A DNA stretch of 60,633 nt, filler included, from Bipalium vagum (lineage: Eukaryota): assembly GCA_037834085.1 (NCBI GenBank). It is 3 parts of 3 records of this genome, joined end to end, with 100 filler letters (N's around TTAATTAATTAA, not from the genome) between each part and the next. Parts side by side here need not be neighbours in the genome. Positions count along the whole stretch, not along the records: positions 42,828 to 60,633 come from JBBMKC010050054.1; 2 more parts are not named here. One strand, written 5' to 3'. Under the pieces are notes generated by a model. It had not been told where the DNA came from, ran no database searches, and was given only the letters and a program-made list of their open reading frames with translations. The position numbers and the translations under genes are program-made. Shown piece by piece: positions 52,860 to 60,633 of this stretch; position 1 is the first letter of the stretch, and every line of letters begins with the position of its first letter.

Positions 52860-54000
52860 TGGTTTACATTCCCATAGATTTTTTTATATGCGTTGCCGAG
52901 GTCCGTTGATGTAAAATATTTGGTACCTCCCAGAATATCAAGCATTTTTTCCATGTTAGACATCGGAATAATTCGTATTCAATTTCCCGAATTCCAAGCA
53001 TAACTGCCACTCTTTCTTCTCCTTTTTCTATATAGCAACCAGAGAGCTTCAACGTCTAATAATATTGTTTTCCAACAAATTCTGAATCTTTTGGTTGATC
53101 TGTTATAGATTTAGAGTTTGACTTGACATGACTTGGTTCTCCCTTTCTCAAAATCTTATGTTTGATCCATCTTGTGAATTTAATATCCCACTTATTAGCG
53201 ATAAATGCGTCCTCTTATTTCATTAAAATTAACATTAATTTCTGATCTACTTTGGCTTTAAGTAATTCTGCTGCTCTTTTCAAACTTCCTGATGGAACTA
53301 AATCTCCAAAACGAACACATCTAATGCAAATTCTCATTCATCTCTTCTCAAAATTTCCACCTCTGTGCCTGACTCTCCCTATAGCAACCTAAATTAAAAT
53401 TACTTTGCATGTCAATTCCTCCGATAACCTCTGGTATTATTGTTTCCACAAGGTACTCTGACTGCCGATGCCATCTGAATACATGTTGGTGTTTGACCTA
53501 CAAGTTTTAATCTGCTTTCATTGACATCGCAAATTCTCCGTGGTAGACATTAGTTCTAGAGTTTTCAGTGCTGAAAATACTCGCTTACTCATCACATTGA
53601 CTCTTGCTCCGGAATTCGGAAAATATTCTAAGAGTTGACCGTTTATTTTAGTCATCATACTGGGTTTCCTTGCATCCTGTCATATATCAATATAGGTCTT
53701 AAATTGTCACTAATTGTAGCCATTTCACATTTTCCACCATTTTTCCTCAGGTTCCACTATGTTTTAATAAACTTCCTTATTTTGAAACTCGCTCTCTTGG
53801 CCAACTCTTTTCCTATATAACTTTTTTTAAATAAGTGATACCGGATCCCATTTGTGACCTAATATCTTGTCTTCAACTTCTTCAGTTTTTCGAAAAAATA
53901 TTTCTACATTTTCTTAACCTTGTCTATGCTTAGCATTTCTTCTAAACCTGATATCTTTTTTGATCTACCAGATTCTAGTCTCAACCTCTCTTCAAAAAGG
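52860..54000 (-). mobile_element. R4/Dong-like (RLE-type) non-LTR retrotransposon relic
   Basis: Minus-strand remnants in the expected order: KVDQKL, SGILNSQDG (cf. EG.I.A.QD), a decayed CxxC knuckle with LSGC, and LIFWEVP (cf. ILWD.P). Heavily disrupted. Confidence 0.45.
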
Positions 54001-54009
54001 TAGAACACA

Positions 54010-54690
54010 TTCAAATGCTCATAAAAAGTAAGCGTTAATCACCTAAAAAATCTACGACACCTCCATTAACTTGGAAAAATATCGAAGCTCATTTTATGAG
54101 TGCCTTATAAAATGCATGATTTTCAAAAAAAGTGTCATTCAGAAATATGTTCTGTGTTGTTATTGCATAAAAATGTAATTTATATGCGTACTACAATCGC
54201 TGGAGGTCATCACAGTTACTGGATATTGGCAAAACTCAACATTATCTCGCAGAGCCGAGATTTCAAGGAAAAACTATAAAATCAGATATATATTGTCTAG
54301 AACCTGACGAAATGCACCGGAAACTCAAATCTTTTTTCCGGCATTAGTAAAAAATTCAATACTTATACACCAATAGGCCCGGAAACAAAACAATCTGTTC
54401 AAAAGCTGAATGATTTTGAACATGAAACTATTTTACATCCAACATACTATCAGAATCTGCCGTCTACTGATTACCTTTTTATCATCTTTTCTACTTCCTG
54501 CAAGAGAAAAACCTTCTACAACAATGTCTTCCGTGAGATTATCGATTTAAGAAGATCTGATTTTGCCTCATTGGAAAAAATAAACTTATTACGCGTCTTC
54601 AGAAATGTGTTTCTTGTCATCGATCATTATTGTCTTCTGAGATTTTTAATTATTCATTTCTATTAAAACACGAATTTCTTTATTATCATA
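54010..54690 (+). mobile_element. Degraded mariner relic
   Basis: VQKLNDFEHETILHPTYYQNLPSTDYL. Confidence 0.65.
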
Positions 54691-55308
54691 TTATTATTAT
54701 CTTTTTTATTATTAATATATCAGTGATAGAAAACTAACACAAGTAACTTAAACATTAAAACCAAAACTGTTGAACATTAATAATATCATGGAGCTCGCTC
54801 AAAAGAGTAATTTTATTAATCAGTATTTAATTATGTACATTTTTAAATAAATTAAATTTTAAACTACAAAATTAGCAGGGAATATTTTTTATTAATCAAC
54901 AAAGTAATGCATTAACTAATTATTAATAATTACGTAAGTGCATCATTAGCCTTCAAAAGAAAAAAATAATAAAATTAATTAATTGACTTTAAATACATTC
55001 ATATAATACATCTTAAAGTCGAATTCAAGCGGTCATTTTAACGCTGTTCAATGAAAACTGATGAGGCAGTTATTAAATATGATGAACAAAAGTTACGTAG
55101 TTTCATTAGTTTTTTCATTAAATAAAAATATAATTTTTATAATAAGTTTTTCATTGATAACTTATCAATGATAAGAAATATGATTTATCAATAATTTGAA
55201 GGTTACATTTTCTCACGAAGACTTTCGTTCATAGTCGAAAATAATATTTTCTCTAAAAATAAGTATTTCTTTTGATTTTAATTATGGGTATTAAAAAAAA
55301 TATCATTA

Positions 55309-55929
55309 CCGTATTTGCCGGACTATAAGCCGCACCGGACTATAAACAGCACTCTGACAGTTTTCCACAGAATACAAAATTAACGTATAAGCCGCACCGG
55401 ACTATAAGCAGCGTTATTAAAATACGAAATGTGAGGAGTTAAGACCCATTTCAAATAAATCAGTTTAAAAGATATATACTAGTAACACTAAATAATATTT
55501 AACCAAATTATTTCATTAGTTTTGTAAGAATTCAAAAGTTTCATCAAACTCAGAATTATTATCAGTTACTTCATCTGAATCCTCAGCGGAATTTTCTGTT
55601 TGTACTTCACCTTATACGTCAAAACTACTTTAATAAAGCCATTATTAAATGTTGATGTAGGGATAGTCTTCCAAGCTTCAAGAATGCATTCAATTATTGA
55701 CACATAAAAAACTCCTCGCTGTCTACCTGTTCTATTAACAGTATGATCTCCTGAGGTCATCCACTGTTTCCAAGACTATTTAAACAAATATTATTATTTT
55801 TTATTTGAGTCAGAGAATTTTAAGAATTTTTAACATCAACGTACAGGGCGCATCGGACTATAAGTCGCAACACCTAAATTATAATACATTTCAGGTTTTT
55901 GGATGCAGTTTATAGTCCGGCAAATACAG
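55309..55929 (-). mobile_element. Non-autonomous pogo/Tc2-like element (621 bp)
   Basis: TA|CCGTATTTGCCGGACTATAA ... TTATAGTCCGGCAAATACAG, with repeated gcaccggactataa subterminal motifs. Internal minus fragment GDHTVNRTGRQR...IIECILEAWKTIPTSTFNNGFIK matches a POGK/Tc2-type C-terminus. Confidence 0.85.
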
Positions 55930-57253
55930 TTAAATACTTAAAATACAGTTAATTGGCCTAACAGAAAATAATAATAATAAAATTAATGATAATAATAATA
56001 GTATTATTAATAATTATACTAAAAATGAATTATTAACATAATAATGCAACAAATACTTTTAAATTTATATATAAAGCAATATTGAAAGTCTTTCTTGTGT
56101 CATTGCGCATTCAATAAATATTTTTATAAAACTCCTAAAATAATCAACAAAATAATAATAATAATAATTCTCTAAATTGTACATGATTAAATAATAATTT
56201 TAAAATTTATCTAAATAAATTACAAATTTATAATTACGTTATGTCAATAAATAGTGAAAAGACAAGATGAAAGCAAATTGATAATTAGATGATAAATTAG
56301 AACAAAGTCAAATAACTGAATCAGAAATGTTTTGTGAAATTTTTTTGAAAAATAATATATATTATTATTTGAAAATTTTTCTAATATCCTTTAGATAATG
56401 AGATGGATTCCTTCGAGTAAAATTTCAGTATTATCTTCAATATTACTTTTACTTTCGAATATGTTTAATGATTTATGAAAAATGGAACATGTACAGTGAT
56501 GAGTTTTTTAAAGATGTTGCATTAATAAAATATTAATCGAAAATTAAAAAAAATTTTGGCAAAATATTTTAAATATTTTGAATTATTTTTTTAAAAATAT
56601 TTTTAATTATTTTCAATAAAAACACAGCGCTGAAAATTAAAGCTGAATTAATAAAATTATCAAACTTAATCATATTAAATATTTGCATTTGATCAAATTG
56701 CGTGAAATAAATAAATTTATATGGATAACAAATAAAGATGTCAATAGTGAGTCATGTGTCCTCGTTCCACGATTCTTCATGTTATATACCTTTAATTTAA
56801 TATACCTTTAAATTCTTATTCTTCTTCATGATATATTTCGTTATTTTTGAAAAATTGTTTCTTTGATTCTCTTTTAGAGTAAGAAAGGTCTTTCTCAATG
56901 GCGTCTCTCTGCAGTTATTTTATTCCAGAAAAATTTCTGCTTCCAGAATACGAAGATTCCGTTCACAAACCACTTTTTATCTAGACATTATCTCAGCTGT
57001 TAATCTAATCTCTGCTTCATAAATTTCAGATTTCCATTTACTCTAGAACCAAGCTGGTGGTTCTTTGGCATATATTTACCCTCTCAAAAAACCGTAGAAG
57101 TATATTTTTCGTTCTTCTAACACAATATCTTTCAATAATTTCGAACAACTTTCTAATTTTGGTTAAATCGAAAAGATCGATTTTTTGGATACAGTAAGAA
57201 GACGTCATCTAAATAGAACTTTTTCACCATATTATTTTTTAAGCTGATTAATA

Positions 57254-58183
57254 TTGGGTTGTTCAAAAAGTCAGTGCGTTTTTATTGCACAGTTTAAACA
57301 CATTTATTTAATATAAAAAAAACAAAATATAAATCTTTTATGTATTCCACGTTTTGATCAGTTACCTTCTGCCATCTCTGTGGTAGCTTCATTATTCCTC
57401 GCAGATAAAAATCTGCTTTTTTCTCTGCAAAGAACCTCTCAATGTGCTTTTTGATAAGGCCCTCATTACTAAACACTATACCGTTCAATGAGTTTTGCAA
57501 GGAGCGAAACAGATGGAAATCGGAAGGGGCAAGGTCTGTACTATAAGGTGGATGTGGCAAAACATTCTACCCAAGGTCGAGCAATTTCTTCGCGTTTCAT
57601 GAGTTGATTGCAAATGTCAATTCGATTGATTTTGTGAATTTCTTTCAATTCGTGCGGGACCCAGACATTCAATCTTTGGATGAAACCAGCGGACTTTAAT
57701 TAACCACAAACGCTTCCAACGGACATATTTAGAGCACTCGCAATTTCTCTGACCGTCGAGTGTCTATTTACTTTCACGAAATCCGTAATTGTGTCGATGT
57801 CAACCGTAACAGGACTGCCAGACCGATGAGCATATTTGAAAGAAAAGTTTTCTTCACGGAAACGGATGAACCACTTCTGTCATTGTCTTTCTATATCTTC
57901 GCCATACACTTTCACTATTTTCTTTCTTGCATTAGTGGCAATTTTTCCTCTTTTGAAATAAAAAAATAAAAAATTCAGCACATGTTCGTCAAAGTTCCCA
58001 TTTTTGAAACCCTATAAAAACATGATAAGTTTAAAAATGAAGGTCAAACTGTACTTACATTTTAATTTTTAATGTAAATAAACAATCAATTGTAAATATT
58101 GATATATAGCGGTGTATATTAAGTAAAAATTCTCAAATTATCAAAACTACTAAAAAAACGCACTGACTTTTTGAACAACCCAA
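57254..58183 (-). mobile_element. Internally deleted mariner with perfect 30-bp TIRs
   Basis: TA|TTGGGTTGTTCAAAAAGTCAGTGCGTTTTT and its exact inverse|TA. Minus strand has WVPHELK and PHPPYSTDLAPSDFHLFRSLQN, while the DEKW and HDNA segments are missing. Confidence 0.95.
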
Positions 58184-59439
58184 TAATTTCTGTCAGTAGT
58201 AAGACACGAATCACTCTGCGAAATTCCACATATTCTAATATTTTTTAAATTAATCTAATCTTGAGTAAAAAATTGAATATTTAAACTAATGGTATATTTC
58301 ACACAACCGATTATTATTTTATGTGCAAAATTTGATATAGGTATGTTTAATATTTCTGATAGAATCTAAGTACTCTTTAGCTTTATATCTATCATAGCTT
58401 TATATATCTATCAAGGACTATGCTTCTTGTCTGATTACGGTTTCATCCTTAACTGTGTGAATTACATTTTCATAATGCAGCTTTGATAGTGAATGTTAAT
58501 AAGTTATTGGAAATCTACAATCTATTTTATGGGATATAATAATTGCTGTGTATCAGGACTGTGAAAACAGAAAAATGTTATCTGTTAACGATATCAGTAT
58601 CAAAAGAGAAATTAAAATATAGGTTAATAACAAAAGACTTATAAAAGCAACCAAAGAACCGAGTCATCCTCCAACCTTATAGTTCTTTACTTCATCTTTA
58701 TTCAATCAAGTAAAACTTGTTAGACTCACAATGGGAAGTATCCAGCGTACTCTTAACATATTTTCATTCTTTCGGATCAATGAACCAATTTTTTGACAAC
58801 TTTGCTTGTTATTAGTGATGGAGATATTGTTGTCCGGATGGATTGATTTTAAAGATAAATTATTTTACCATTATAAGGAAAATCTTGGGTCGTTATGAAT
58901 TTTTAATTAATATATATTTATTATATAATAATTACGAATAAAATTTAAAAGGATTTGTTTGAATTGACTGATTTTGGTGAAAAGGCTGTTTTCAAATTTG
59001 TGTTTAATAAATGTTTCAACCAGTCTAATTGTACTTACAATCATAGCAGAAATAACGTGTTGCCGACTTTATGAAAGAAATCCATACCTATATTTTTATT
59101 GAATTCGACGTTCACATTTGTCATAAAATATTCAAAAGTATTAAAGAGGTCTAAAGTTAATGCAGGAATTAAAGAATTTTTCATATCATATTTCAACAAT
59201 ATTAATAATTAATAAAATAAAGTGAATCATGAAAACATGAGTAATATTATTAATTCAATTTTTATAAGATGATAAATAAAGTCAATTAAAAGGTTTTAAG
59301 GTTATTAAGGTAATAATAATTTGTTAAAACAATTTGTGATTTTTCACAATAATATTACAATTTAGTAAGAAAATTTTGTTATAAAATATAAATATTGATC
59401 AGTTATTTAAATATCGAAAATTGTTAAGACCACTAAATG

Positions 59440-59865
59440 TAGAGCACAACAAATTTATAATGTTCATATTGTACAAAATTACCTGAACGATGATTGGATT
59501 CTGCACCCCTCATCGACCCAAGATCACCCAAAAATGTTTTTCCAAGTTTTCTAACTTTACAGGATGGCCACCGTACTCACTATATCTTATCCCTATGGAC
59601 TTTTACATACGGGGAATTCCTCAGACGAGAGCCTGTTATATGTCCCATAATTCTGTCATGTCATTTAAACGTGATCTGACTAAAACCTGGGATAAAATAA
59701 GTGAAGAAACACTGCGCGCCGCTATAGACCAGTTCCATAGACGCCTTCAAGCATGTGTCAAAGAAAACGGATGAAATTTTGAAAATGAATTTGTTTAAAT
59801 AAAATTTCAGACATTTTTTTATGTGGTTACTATTTAATTTTTTATTAGTGGTTATTACTCACCTT
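59440..59865 (+). mobile_element. maT/DD37D-like 3' relic
   Basis: DSAP, WPPYSLYLIPMDFYIRGI and WDKISEETLRAAIDQFHRRLQACVKENG. Confidence 0.8.
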
Positions 59866-60633
59866 AAAATTTTTAATTACAAGAACTGTAATACCAACGT
59901 TATTATCATTGCATAACCAAAAGACATGCTGACCATTTAAACAGCACTGATAATTCAAAATAATTAATTAATATTTATTTTGTAAAATAATATTAATTAC
60001 AAGAATGTAAAATATTAGTGTTCACTGAAAATCAATTAGTAAATCAAAATATGAAACCATTTATTAAAGATAAGAAATTAAGAAGGCATCAGTAAACATA
60101 AATGTTAAAAATGTAATATACAATTATTACTTCATATTTCGTCTGAAAAATTAATAAAAATTCATTTTGTAATTATAACAGATAAATTTTGAATTTAAAA
60201 CTTTAATCCACAGACAGTTGGATTTCGAATGATATGAAATTAATTGATTATTTATATATTATTTTGTACTAAAGGTTTATTGATAAATATATTAATTATT
60301 AAAATATTAAATTGATAATTTCTTATGTTTTCTAAACTGAATTTTAGAGAAACTATATTAATCATTGAATACATTAATTATAATAATTATTAAATATTTG
60401 TGATGTATCATAAATAATATAATAATTTATAATATAATAATATATAATAATCGTTTATTGTTTAATTATAATGAAATATTTTTCGAAAAAAATTATTAAA
60501 TCAATTTCGATTTGGAATTTTATTTCACGATAAAAATATTTACAGGGTGCGTGCGTTATTTTCGGAATAAATTTGAACGTTAAATACAATGTTATTTTAA
60601 TTTTGTCATTAAAAATTTAAATCAGTTTTATAT

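Noticed and set aside
55309-55415. Spaced repeats taagccgcaccggactataa resembling a CRISPR array
   Set aside because: These are subterminal repeats of a pogo/Tc2-like element, irregularly spaced, in a eukaryotic context with no cas genes.

Overview
Very AT-rich eukaryotic (animal) genomic DNA with (ATT)n microsatellites and four N-gaps. The composition and repeat content suggest a planarian-like flatworm, which is an inference only. Two host genes are supported. One is a large minus-strand exon (18152-20816) encoding the signal peptide, about 7 cadherin repeats and the TM helix of a protocadherin. The other is a single 183-nt plus-strand exon (1387-1569) encoding half an Ig domain of a nephrin/Kirrel-like adhesion protein, so the protocadherin probably lies antisense inside a very large intron of that gene. 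Most of the rest is transposon debris: more than 20 IS630-Tc1-mariner relics (mariner DD34D, maT-like, rosa-like, pogo/Tc2-like, MITEs), a probable Academ derivative and an R4/Dong-like LINE relic. The most unusual object is a complete 351-bp miniature LTR retrotransposon (TRIM, 5031-5381) with a PBS, a PPT and a near-perfect 5-bp TSD. Both of its LTRs are built around a tRNA-Ala-derived sequence held in an extended hairpin. Most short ORFs in the track are noise or transposase fragments.
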